Source of the DNA: a virus
Lineage: Duplodnaviria > Heunggongvirae > Uroviricota > Caudoviricetes
IMG/VR virus record: IMGVR_UViG_3300042154_004306
Direction: 5' to 3' (one strand)
DNA length: 64,000 nucleotides
The notes below the pieces were generated by a model. The model saw only the letters and a program-made list of their open reading frames with translations. It was not told where the DNA came from and did no database searches. The first letter of the stretch is position 1. Each line of letters begins with the position of its first letter. The position numbers were made by a program, and so were the translations under genes. Below are positions 18,066 through 27,010 of this stretch, piece after piece.

Positions 18066-19605
18066 TCTTGCTTAGATCAAATTTGTGTTTAGACACAATG
18101 AATTTTTGACTCTTATAAATTTTCTCTCTAGCCTGACCGTGCTTAACGATGTATCCATTAAGATCATCAATTAGGTCATAAATAGTTACCTTAACTTTCC
18201 CTTTCAATCCACGCATACCCCTACCTATTGATTGACGTATTGTTACTTCAGACTTGTAACTCTCAGCTAGAATAATATGATTAACGTTTTTCAGGTCAAT
18301 TCCAGTCGAAAATGTTCCGTATGATGCAACTAGTGTAACACCTGGACCTGCTTCCATGATTCTTTGATACGTATCGCGATCGGAACTATTTACACCACCG
18401 TCAATATAATAAACATGCTCTCTCCACTCTTTTATTCGATCACAGATGCGTTGACCGTATTGGTCCTTTACGTTTATGTATAAAATTAGGGTATTTCCTT
18501 CAAGTTTCTTGACGAATGCAGAGATAAAGTCTATTCTAGGATCATACGAAACAATAAATGCCTTTTCGGAATCGTACATATCTTTACCAGACTTTCCTTC
18601 TTCCCTAAGTGCCATATACTTCTCAACAAACGGTTCAGTTTTAGGATATTCCAAGTAAACCATTTTAATATAGACGTCTGGTGAATAATTATTTTCAATT
18701 AGATGACTTGCTGAAAGAGTCATACTTAATGGACCTAAGAATTCTTGAATTCGGAAGAAGTCTGAATATTCTTCTTCTATTTTAATTGTGCCAGAAAGTC
18801 CCAATTTATATTCAGCATTAACTGACTGCAATAAAATATCCCTAACTGATTGTCCTCGTGATGTGTGAGCTTCATCAATACATACAATACTAAATTCCTT
18901 GAAAAATTCAGGAGATCTGTTAATTAGGCTTTGATAAGTTGAAATAACTATTTCTGAGTCGGCAAATGCTTTATCTGAATATTTACTCTTTCCGCCTATT
19001 GTCATTACGTTAAAGCTCATTAGGCCTGTATTATAGTCATCTGTGAATTTTTCAGCAGTTTGACTAACAAGTCCAGCTCGAGGAACGACGATTAGCGCTT
19101 TCTTACCGGCTCCTGCAAGAATACCCTTTCTTTTAAGAAACGCCAAATACAGAAAGAAAATAATTGTTTTACCAGCAGAGGTCGCAAGTTCAAGAGAACA
19201 GAACTTATATTTTAGGGCACGAAATACTGCCTCTAATTGATAGTCCCTGGCCTCAATGTTTGAACCGTCTAGCATAACTGACGTAAACTTCTCAAGCTGG
19301 TCCTTTGTGAACTTTAGGTTAAAAAGCTTTTCATAGTCTTCAATATGAACTTCATATTCAAATTTTTTACTGAAATTAAAAAGTTCTTTCCAAAGACCTA
19401 TTCCGATTTTGCGAACGCCTGTTTCTTTGTCAACAATAACAAAATGATCGTATCCATCCCATAGTTTTCGTTTATATAAACGATTGAATAGATAACCTTT
19501 TTGTCTCTTTTTAAAATAAAATTGCAAATCTTTGAGTTCGCTCTTAGTATCGTGATTTACTAATACAAGAAATTGTCGATCGTCTGATAGTTTGAAGCTT
19601 AGCAA
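18055..19605 (-). CDS. uvsW: SF2 DNA helicase UvsW
   Basis: RDYQ, ATSAGKT, IDEAH, GLSGT, TFSTGID, QSIGRGMR. Confidence 0.95.
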   Translation of the reverse strand: MLSFKLSDDRQFLVLVNHDTKSELKDLQFYFKKRQKGYLFNRLYKRKLWDGYDHFVIVDKETGVRKIGIGLWKELFNFSKKFEYEVHIEDYEKLFNLKFTKDQLEKFTSVMLDGSNIEARDYQLEAVFRALKYKFCSLELATSAGKTIIFFLYLAFLKRKGILAGAGKKALIVVPRAGLVSQTAEKFTDDYNTGLMSFNVMTIGGKSKYSDKAFADSEIVISTYQSLINRSPEFFKEFSIVCIDEAHTSRGQSVRDILLQSVNAEYKLGLSGTIKIEEEYSDFFRIQEFLGPLSMTLSASHLIENNYSPDVYIKMVYLEYPKTEPFVEKYMALREEGKSGKDMYDSEKAFIVSYDPRIDFISAFVKKLEGNTLILYINVKDQYGQRICDRIKEWREHVYYIDGGVNSSDRDTYQRIMEAGPGVTLVASYGTFSTGIDLKNVNHIILAESYKSEVTIRQSIGRGMRGLKGKVKVTIYDLIDDLNGYIVKHGQAREKIYKSQKFIVSKHKFDLSKIKG

Positions 19606-19620
19606 GCATTTAAGATATTT

Positions 19621-20061
19621 TTAATGCCCATCAAGGAGCTTTTGAACGTCTAGACGAGTTTTGATCCCAAAAAGGACAGCATCTATTGTTTTAATTGATT
19701 CTGCATAGAATCCTATCTGGTTTTCAACCTGTTCAATCTTTTCCTTGATAACGGCAGTTTTTCCATCAACGATTGTGTTCTTTTCGTTGGTACCATATCG
19801 AATTTGATGGTTCTTTGAAGCATCAACCCATTCTTCTCCCTTCTTTTCACGAAAGGTCTTTTTGAGTTGAGTAAAGTGCTCAATGAGAGTATGATTCTCT
19901 TCCAACATTCGTTGACGTAGACTTAAAAATGTTACTTGAGCCTCAGGTATTTTGCGAATGTTTTCAAGAAGTTTAATGCCAATATAAATTTCCCCAGAGA
20001 AAGACTCTCGCTTCTCTCTGAAGACTTCAGCAATCGTTCTTTTCGGTGCAGTTTCTTCCAT
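19621..20061 (-). CDS. uvsY: UvsY-like recombination mediator
   Basis: 146-aa coiled-coil protein directly upstream of uvsW, as in T4-like phages. Confidence 0.55.
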   Translation of the reverse strand: MEETAPKRTIAEVFREKRESFSGEIYIGIKLLENIRKIPEAQVTFLSLRQRMLEENHTLIEHFTQLKKTFREKKGEEWVDASKNHQIRYGTNEKNTIVDGKTAVIKEKIEQVENQIGFYAESIKTIDAVLFGIKTRLDVQKLLDGH

Positions 20062-20093
20062 CTTTATATTCTATCAAGATATTGACCTAAGTT

Positions 20094-20561
20094 TTATCTG
20101 ATAAAGCAATAATAGATGCCCTCGATTTGATAAAAATCGCTATTGAACTCCTGAATGCTACTACTTGCGTACAGAGAGCTTCCAATTTCATGGTGTTCGC
20201 CGTTCTTATAGAAAACTGATACGGCTCCATCGTATAGGCATACGATTGAGTCTAAGTTATAGTGCTTGATTGAGCCCTTAACCATTTCTTTGAATTGATC
20301 TAGGTTAATGTCAGTTCCTTCGTTTGTTACAAAAATACTTGGGAAGACTCTCCTAACTCGATTTGACATGTCAACTGAAGTAATTGTCTGCAAAACGTAG
20401 CTGAGCTTACCGTAGTTGTCCAAATCGTAAAGAAATTGGTTATATTGCTTGGAATTAGTGAAATTATAAATCGCGAAAGGTTTTTGAGCCTGCACGCATT
20501 CCCTAACTAGGTGATAGCGGTTGCCCATGTGTTCGCGCGTATGTCTGAGTACTCTGTTCAT
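20094..20561 (-). CDS. Hypothetical protein
   Basis: 155-aa ORF preceded by GATAAATA (minus strand 20592-20599). Confidence 0.7.
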   Translation of the reverse strand: MNRVLRHTREHMGNRYHLVRECVQAQKPFAIYNFTNSKQYNQFLYDLDNYGKLSYVLQTITSVDMSNRVRRVFPSIFVTNEGTDINLDQFKEMVKGSIKHYNLDSIVCLYDGAVSVFYKNGEHHEIGSSLYASSSIQEFNSDFYQIEGIYYCFIR

Positions 20562-20612
20562 TATTTAGTATATTAGATAAAACTGCTAAGTTATTTATCA
20601 GTAAAATATCGT

Positions 20613-21143
20613 ATGGAAAACGGACCACACATTAATATATTCGATTTTGACGAAACACTATTTAGGGTGCCAGGTTATACTTGCAGCGAAGCAAAGGGCA
20701 TGGAACCGTATCAATGGTTCGATTCGCCAGAATCGCTGTCAAAGAAGTTCAATATCAGGGGAATCGCCAACACAATCGAAAGAACTGGTGATGACTGTCT
20801 TAATTACTTGGTAACTCATCGAGTCAAAGAGTGTGAGTCGGCGGTTCTAGACCTACTTGCTGAGTATAATATTAGGTTCGATAAAACCTACTTTTTAGGA
20901 AGAGGCAGCGATAAAGCAGAGACGGTTATTGACCTAATAAGAACAGTTGGCGCTGAGTCAATTACGATATTTGAGGATTCTCTTTGGGAAATCATCCAGT
21001 ACACCTCTTACTTTTTAGATATTGGCCTAAACATTAAAGTCGATTTCGTGTTTATTGATAAGAGTAGAGTCATTAAAATAAATTTGGCTTCTGCAAAATC
21101 CCTAGCAGAATTTGCAGAATCAGAAAGATTAAAATTATTATGA
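20613..21143 (+). CDS. HAD-family phosphatase
   Basis: IFDFDETLF motif I, LVTHR motif II, IFEDS motif IV. Confidence 0.75.
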   Translation: MENGPHINIFDFDETLFRVPGYTCSEAKGMEPYQWFDSPESLSKKFNIRGIANTIERTGDDCLNYLVTHRVKECESAVLDLLAEYNIRFDKTYFLGRGSDKAETVIDLIRTVGAESITIFEDSLWEIIQYTSYFLDIGLNIKVDFVFIDKSRVIKINLASAKSLAEFAESERLKLL

Positions 21144-21748
21144 TATTATTTATAGAAGGCGCCAGGGGCTCAGGCAAAACGTTCCTAATTAATCAGTTCA
21201 TTGAAACTCACAAGGATCCTAGAATCGAGTACTATAAGTTCTATTTTGCGAATCACGTAAAGGAGCTTGATCTTGTTGATCTTGATGCAACTCCTGCACT
21301 ACACTATTTCAGCTTAGGTAACATCATGACCATTATGGAAATGAACCTAAGACCCGAATACAAGGATAAAATTTGGATATTTGATAGAGCTACTATATCT
21401 GCTTATACTTGGGCAATACTGAGAAAGCGACTAGACCGAAGTAACGCTGAGCTTGAGTTTCTTAAACTTGTAAGCTCTGACCTCTATAAAAATTCCAAGA
21501 CTTTGGTCGTGTCGGTCGCTGGTCAAACTGGCGATTCAAGCAGAGTCAAAGACGCTTGGGACGGCACTCACTCAACGGTTGAAGAACAGGAGCTAATGGC
21601 TAACTTAATAGAGTCCGGGCTAAGAGACCTTTCCGATACTACTAAAAATAACGGCCTAAGTTTCGTTTTCAATCACTTTGATCAAACGTCAGTAGTTTCA
21701 TTTAATCATGAATGCTGCAAGCTATTGGGCATTGAGCCTAATAAATAA
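21140..21748 (+). CDS. P-loop nucleoside monophosphate kinase (thymidylate kinase-like)
   Basis: FIEGARGSGKT Walker A and IFDR motif. Confidence 0.75.
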   Translation: MILFIEGARGSGKTFLINQFIETHKDPRIEYYKFYFANHVKELDLVDLDATPALHYFSLGNIMTIMEMNLRPEYKDKIWIFDRATISAYTWAILRKRLDRSNAELEFLKLVSSDLYKNSKTLVVSVAGQTGDSSRVKDAWDGTHSTVEEQELMANLIESGLRDLSDTTKNNGLSFVFNHFDQTSVVSFNHECCKLLGIEPNK

Positions 21749-21753
21749 CAAAT

Positions 21754-23646
21754 ATGGCAGGACTATCACATTTAAGAGACGTTTATGAAAAGCGTGGCAA
21801 GGAGTTCTTGGAGAATCTCCTTAATAAAACCGTCATCATTAACGAAAAAATAGAAGGCGCCTACTTTGGTGCAAAAAGAGATGCAAGTACAGATAAATTT
21901 AATTTCTTTAAAAAGGACAGCAAAATTAGCTACATCGACCGGGTTCTTAGTAAGTACTACGAACCGGGCGTTAAACATTTTGAGAGCCTTGGGAGTGATA
22001 CCGTAAAATCATTACCTGAAAATTATGTATTTGGATTCGATTATACCCCAGGTAGAGCGAATCCGCTAACAATAAGCCACATTAAAGTCCTAGATGAGAA
22101 CTATCAAACGGCTAGCGTAATTCACGACAGGGAAGAACTTAATAAATGGGCAGGCTCCCTAAACGTTAATCAGCCAGCGATTCTTTTCCAAGGAAAGTTG
22201 TCTGAAGATCAGCAAGTAAAGATCCAAGAGTTCATTTTTACCCCATTGGAAAAGCTATCGGAGAAGTTTAAGACCGAATCATTCACTAAGCATCTCATAT
22301 CGATACTTAGCCCAACAGTCGATGAAAATTCTCAAAATTCGGTGGACGATCGTTCGATCGATGAAGTTGTATTTAGATTCTACGATGCCGAATCAACAAT
22401 GGACGATTCGGCAGTACTGGCCAAATTAGTGGATCCAGTATTCTACGATAATTCAAAGAACTTACCTAAACCTCAAGTTGGTAAAAAGAGCGATGATTAC
22501 ATTTGGATAATCGTGAGCGACTTAATGAATTTCATTGAGAGTTACAGACTTTCGGACCTACGAGCATTCACCATTTCTGGAGAAACGGTTGAAGAGAGAT
22601 TTGTATCTCTGCTTAATCATCTATTCGTAGAATTCATTCATGAATATGGAGACAAGTACAGCGATCTTGATATTCAAGTTCCAGATTTCTTGAAACGTGA
22701 AGAATTTGACATTAACTCGGACTTAGTAAACGATCCGATCGTCATACCTATCCTACAAGAGAATCCTAACTACAAAGAAATATACAGAGTTTTTGTTAAT
22801 ACATTCCGTAAAAAGAAGGTTAAAATCAGCTCTCCGATATTTACGGAGTCAATGAAAGCTAATCTCATTTCCCAAATCGAGAAATTAAATCAGGTTGCAA
22901 TGGGAGAAAAACTATACGAGAATTACTTTCCGTCGTTTAGCGAATTCGTTGGAGATGAAAAGGCTCCAGGCTATTTCGAAACTTATGATTTAGAACAGGG
23001 AGAGCAGCGTAAAGTTAAAAAGGTAAATTTGTTAATCTCAGAATTTCAGCCAATCCACAAAGGCCATAGCAAAACAGCAAAGGCATTAACTGAAAAAACT
23101 GGAGTACCAACCCTTCTGGTCTGCATTCATCCAGGCAAACAGACAAAACAATTTCCATTTAAAAAGGAAACCCTAAATAATGCGCTTAATAAATTAGCAG
23201 CAAGCGATGCTCAGAATATTACAGGACACGTAGTGATCAGTGATGGAAACGTTGAGAGTATTCTTAAATCAATTAAACCTCAATACGAACCGCTGTCAAT
23301 TGCAGCAGAGCCTAGTAGAATAAAAGATATTGCTTTACAACTTGAATTGGCTAAGAAAAGATCAAGAAACTTGAATATTAAAAGAGATACTAAACTGATT
23401 GAAATTGCACTAGACTCAGTATCGGAGACAATCTTAAATTCAATAAAAGAAAAGAATTACGGTACCTATAAGGAATACACGCCGTCATCAGTCCATTCAG
23501 AATTCTATAACCTAAATAAGGATTTAATGGAATCAATAACTGAGAGTATTAATCATCCTAATGTGACTACTAATGAAACAGATGAATCCTATCCCGAACC
23601 AATAATACATATTGAAGCGCATAAAACATTTCAAAGAATACTATAA
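21754..23646 (+). CDS. Fusion of a ligase-like nucleotidyltransferase domain and a HIGH-motif cytidylyltransferase-like domain
   Basis: N-terminal INEKIEG (KxDG-like); C-terminal FQPIHKGH; internal SFSEFV motif between the domains; preceded by AATAAATA 21740-21747. Confidence 0.55.
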   Translation: MAGLSHLRDVYEKRGKEFLENLLNKTVIINEKIEGAYFGAKRDASTDKFNFFKKDSKISYIDRVLSKYYEPGVKHFESLGSDTVKSLPENYVFGFDYTPGRANPLTISHIKVLDENYQTASVIHDREELNKWAGSLNVNQPAILFQGKLSEDQQVKIQEFIFTPLEKLSEKFKTESFTKHLISILSPTVDENSQNSVDDRSIDEVVFRFYDAESTMDDSAVLAKLVDPVFYDNSKNLPKPQVGKKSDDYIWIIVSDLMNFIESYRLSDLRAFTISGETVEERFVSLLNHLFVEFIHEYGDKYSDLDIQVPDFLKREEFDINSDLVNDPIVIPILQENPNYKEIYRVFVNTFRKKKVKISSPIFTESMKANLISQIEKLNQVAMGEKLYENYFPSFSEFVGDEKAPGYFETYDLEQGEQRKVKKVNLLISEFQPIHKGHSKTAKALTEKTGVPTLLVCIHPGKQTKQFPFKKETLNNALNKLAASDAQNITGHVVISDGNVESILKSIKPQYEPLSIAAEPSRIKDIALQLELAKKRSRNLNIKRDTKLIEIALDSVSETILNSIKEKNYGTYKEYTPSSVHSEFYNLNKDLMESITESINHPNVTTNETDESYPEPIIHIEAHKTFQRIL

Positions 23647-23672
23647 CTTACTAAAATAATTACAACTTAAAT

Positions 23673-24002
23673 ATGTTTTCAGAAGGCGGAATTGTAATGA
23701 TAATGGGAATCCTATTGGGTTTGTGTGTAATAGGCGGGTCAGTCTATTACGTTAATAAAATGTTTGCAACACATACACAGGAAATATTGGTTCGATTTAT
23801 ACTACTAGTATTCACCTCGTTGGTTGCGTTGTTCGTTGTTGATAAGGTAATCGCTTGGCAGGTTAAGTTACTCAGTGACGAACAAAACGCTCAGTTATTC
23901 GATTTGATTAAAACATTGGTCCTTATGATTTTCTCTTATTACTTCGGAACAAAGGAAGGTGTTGAAACTAACGGAGACCAAAACAAAAAAGACAATAAAT
24001 AA
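23673..24002 (+). CDS. Three-TM membrane protein (holin candidate)
   Basis: Three hydrophobic segments ending in IFSYYFGT and a charged C-tail. Confidence 0.6.
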   Translation: MFSEGGIVMIMGILLGLCVIGGSVYYVNKMFATHTQEILVRFILLVFTSLVALFVVDKVIAWQVKLLSDEQNAQLFDLIKTLVLMIFSYYFGTKEGVETNGDQNKKDNK

Positions 24003-24091
24003 TGGAAACTAAAAATGAAACACTGGCTTCCCGATTTAATGTGGTTTATCTAGGACTTTTTTACGGGGGTTATCAAGAAGATATATATTAA
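24002..24091 (+). CDS. 29-aa small ORF
   Basis: TAATG-coupled to the upstream gene; METKNETLASRFNVVYLGLFYGGYQEDIY. Confidence 0.3.
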   Translation: METKNETLASRFNVVYLGLFYGGYQEDIY

Positions 24092-24096
24092 AAAAG

Positions 24097-24122
24097 AAAA
24101 AGCTCCTTTCGGAGCTTTTTTT
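24097..24122. terminator. Bidirectional intrinsic terminator
   Basis: AAAA-AGCTCC-TTTC-GGAGCT-TTTTTT between convergent genes. Confidence 0.8.
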
Positions 24123-24714
24123 ATGTGAATATGTAAATTTCAAAACGTTCAATGCACCATGGCGAAAGTGGATCCTCCTCTAGAATTCTAAGAATCTTTT
24201 CATAGAATTCCTTTGGTTTCTTATGGATGTGCTTTCGAGAAGCACAAAAATGGCCAGCAGCTACAAAGCCAAGGCTCTCTGGGCAAGGTTCAGAAAATAT
24301 TTTTGACCAAACCGGTTCTAGTTCTAAACCACCGATATGATGAGGATTTCCGAATTTATCTGTCTCCAAGATTCTTCTATACTCCGTATTAAAAAACCAA
24401 ATTTCCCCATTTTGATATATGGCATCGGCCGTCCAATTTAAAAAGTCTCCGTTAATTAAATCTATATAATTTACAACATGGTCGAATGGATAATCTTGAG
24501 CAAAGAAAGTGTAATCTGCAAGTGAATCGTACCGGTCAACTATATGATAGAAGAAAGAGTGAACGCATCTGCCAAGAATATCTCCCAAATGAATTTCAAG
24601 TGGGTGCCTAGGCTCAATTGATTTACTGTAAACTGAGACCCTAATTGATCGATCGAGTTGAGTAATCCAATGATAGTCTCTATCTCGAGTTGCAATAACT
24701 AATTCTTTTTGCAT
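24121..24714 (-). CDS. DUF3431-like putative glycosyltransferase-fold protein
   Basis: LVIATR, FFYHIVDRYDSLADYTFFAQDYPFDH, GHFCASRKHI, WCIER. Confidence 0.65.
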   Translation of the reverse strand: MQKELVIATRDRDYHWITQLDRSIRVSVYSKSIEPRHPLEIHLGDILGRCVHSFFYHIVDRYDSLADYTFFAQDYPFDHVVNYIDLINGDFLNWTADAIYQNGEIWFFNTEYRRILETDKFGNPHHIGGLELEPVWSKIFSEPCPESLGFVAAGHFCASRKHIHKKPKEFYEKILRILEEDPLSPWCIERFEIYIFT

Positions 24715-24729
24715 GACTGCAAGTCTTTT

Positions 24730-26301
24730 TTAGGATAGTGTCGTGAATTCGCCCTTAATGAAATTAACATGTTGCGCTTTACTATCATGATGAATGATTA
24801 CATGTGATTGGAGCCATCCGCTTGGGCCAACATTATAGTTAACTCTTAATTTAGTTGAAGTGCCGACAGCTAGCGCGCCGTCCTTACGACCAGGGGAATG
24901 GTAGTGACCAACGACTATTTTAGTATTCAACTTTCTAAACTGTAATAGAGAACCTCTAGAACCGTTTGATCCAACATCTCCGTGTTGAGCAAGTTCCCAA
25001 CCGTTAACCACTAAACTGTCGCTACGTCCCAAAGTTTTAAATTGCGGAAACTTACGATTGATTAGATAAGGAATGACTCCATTTGGCGCATCTCCCCTCA
25101 AGAGCAGAGCACTGTATTCCATGTATTCCAAAGAATTCTTTAGAGTGTTTGCTTTTCGCCAGTCAGTTGATTTTAACCAACGATCTAAGAAATCATCGTG
25201 ATTGCTGCGAACAACTGACACATTGTATTTTGAAAAAGCCTCTAGGCCAGTCAACATTGCATCAACTTCCTTCTTTAGGGAATTGGAGCCGTCCACTTCA
25301 CGTTGGTATTGAATGAATGGATCCTTGCTTTCGTGATGATTTATTGAAAGTCCGTCAAACACATCATGTAGAATAACGTTATCAGGTTGAAGTTTTTCAA
25401 AAAGTTCTAGTGTCTTTTTGATTACCCTCTCATCGTGTTGACCGTAGTGAAGGTCTCCAAGAATCGCTGCTGCCACCGACGTAACTTTTGAAATTTCACT
25501 CTGTTCACGGTCCTCATTGTAATTAACTCTGTTAAATAGGTCAGTAAAGTCTCCATCATCAGTTGCGGTCACTTGACGAGCAAAAAAGGTAGTTGAATCC
25601 TTTATCTCAACAACGACAAAACCGAGTGTATGGTGGAATTCTCCCTTTTTACCGGATTTCGAGTCGGTGTAATTCTTAACTGTGCAGGCACCAGTAGTCA
25701 TCATCATCTTCGGTAAGTTACCTTCCAAAACCGGAATAGTTTCCAAATGAACTTTAGGAGAGCCGAACACGCAAGAATTAATGCCGCTCATGCCCTGTAG
25801 GCCAGTCATTGGATCAACAGCAGTTGGCTGAATCTTAACGTCTGACATGATCCACATGTGCTTGTGAACTTCATGGCGATTTGCATCTAGGTAGGCAGAG
25901 ATTCTTTCTGACCAGGTTTCGTAATTCTTATCAGAGAATACTGAGGTTGGGTTTTTATATCTGCCAGCAATGACATGGATGTCTGCATCTATGTATTGAG
26001 CGTATACTTCAAGATTAGAAATGAATTCTTCATGAGCTGGGGTATCATTTTGAGCCCAGGTGATAATGAATCGTTTCTTTTTCTTATTGAACTTACGTTC
26101 GCGAGCCTTTATTAACTGCGGAGATTCTTGAACCGCGCTCTCGGTTATGCATAACTTAGCTAACCATTTTTGAACAGTTCTTTCGGATTTTCCAATGTAT
26201 TCGCTTAGCTGTTTCATTCGGGTATCCCAACTTAAATCTTTATTCCAGTAAAGGTCTGATATTGATTGGACTTCGTCCTTTGTTAATTCTTCAAACTTCA
26301 T
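24730..26301 (-). CDS. Phage T5 A1-like protein (N-terminal HTH + calcineurin-like metallophosphoesterase)
   Basis: KRFIITWAQNDT, TTGACTVKNY, GDLH, HDVFD, SNHD, HGDVGSNGSRG, GHYH, YNVGPSGW parallel T5 A1 as recalled. Confidence 0.85.
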   Translation of the reverse strand: MKFEELTKDEVQSISDLYWNKDLSWDTRMKQLSEYIGKSERTVQKWLAKLCITESAVQESPQLIKARERKFNKKKKRFIITWAQNDTPAHEEFISNLEVYAQYIDADIHVIAGRYKNPTSVFSDKNYETWSERISAYLDANRHEVHKHMWIMSDVKIQPTAVDPMTGLQGMSGINSCVFGSPKVHLETIPVLEGNLPKMMMTTGACTVKNYTDSKSGKKGEFHHTLGFVVVEIKDSTTFFARQVTATDDGDFTDLFNRVNYNEDREQSEISKVTSVAAAILGDLHYGQHDERVIKKTLELFEKLQPDNVILHDVFDGLSINHHESKDPFIQYQREVDGSNSLKKEVDAMLTGLEAFSKYNVSVVRSNHDDFLDRWLKSTDWRKANTLKNSLEYMEYSALLLRGDAPNGVIPYLINRKFPQFKTLGRSDSLVVNGWELAQHGDVGSNGSRGSLLQFRKLNTKIVVGHYHSPGRKDGALAVGTSTKLRVNYNVGPSGWLQSHVIIHHDSKAQHVNFIKGEFTTLS

Positions 26302-26405
26302 CAGTAATTACAGTTTTTAGTGTTTAGTAATTATATCGCTCCAACTGATAAAGTTTTAACCGGCTCTCTTGAAAGAATGATGGTGACGTTTAATAAATAA
26401 CCTAG

Positions 26406-26588
26406 ATGGAAAAATCGTTTAAAAATTTAGACAATTATCGTAAGGGCAAAGAACCTTTACGAAACGCTGTATTACAACACCCTGCCGGAAATGACGTTTA
26501 CGATTACTTGAAAAAGAACGTGAACCGGGATTTTTGGGTAACTCCATTTTCTAAATGGCAAAAGTCACAAAAAACACACAACAAATAA
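26406..26588 (+). CDS. Small hypothetical protein
   Basis: Preceded by AATAAATA 26392-26399. Confidence 0.55.
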   Translation: MEKSFKNLDNYRKGKEPLRNAVLQHPAGNDVYDYLKKNVNRDFWVTPFSKWQKSQKTHNK

Positions 26589-27010
26589 TGTTTGGACTAG
26601 AAGAACTACCTGGAGCTGGAGAATCTCAAAACGTATCAATTGCGTACTTCATGCTATCATTAATGCAAATTGCCGATCAGGCTAAAATAATTCACTGGCA
26701 GACTCGTTATGACAGAGAACACCGTCATTATGGTGAGTTTTACGAGGGTTTCATTGGTCAAATGGACACAATCGTTGAAGCGATTGCCGGTAAATACGGA
26801 AAGGACAAATTAAAATTCGGAGAAGCATCCATTGAAGTATGCGATTACGAAATGGCAGTTGGTGAATTTTTCGACATGGTAGAAGTTACTCTTAGAGGGA
26901 CTTTCTGCGAGCTATTCGATAGGGATAAAGATTCAGAACTATTCAATTTAACTGACGAAATACTTGATTCAGTTAACAAGACTAAATATTTACTACAATT
27001 TGAAGCCTAA
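26555..27010 (+). CDS. Ferritin/Dps-like four-helix protein (DUF5856-like)
   Basis: IIHWQT...EH..YGEFY....DTIVE.I.GKYG pattern. Confidence 0.65.
   Translation: MAKVTKNTQQIMFGLEELPGAGESQNVSIAYFMLSLMQIADQAKIIHWQTRYDREHRHYGEFYEGFIGQMDTIVEAIAGKYGKDKLKFGEASIEVCDYEMAVGEFFDMVEVTLRGTFCELFDRDKDSELFNLTDEILDSVNKTKYLLQFEA

Noticed and set aside
22990-23500. HIGH domain as the missing RfaE domain II adenylyltransferase
   Set aside because: FQPIHKGH resembles NMNAT/phage cytidylyltransferase-like domains rather than the GCFDILHxGH motif of RfaE II.
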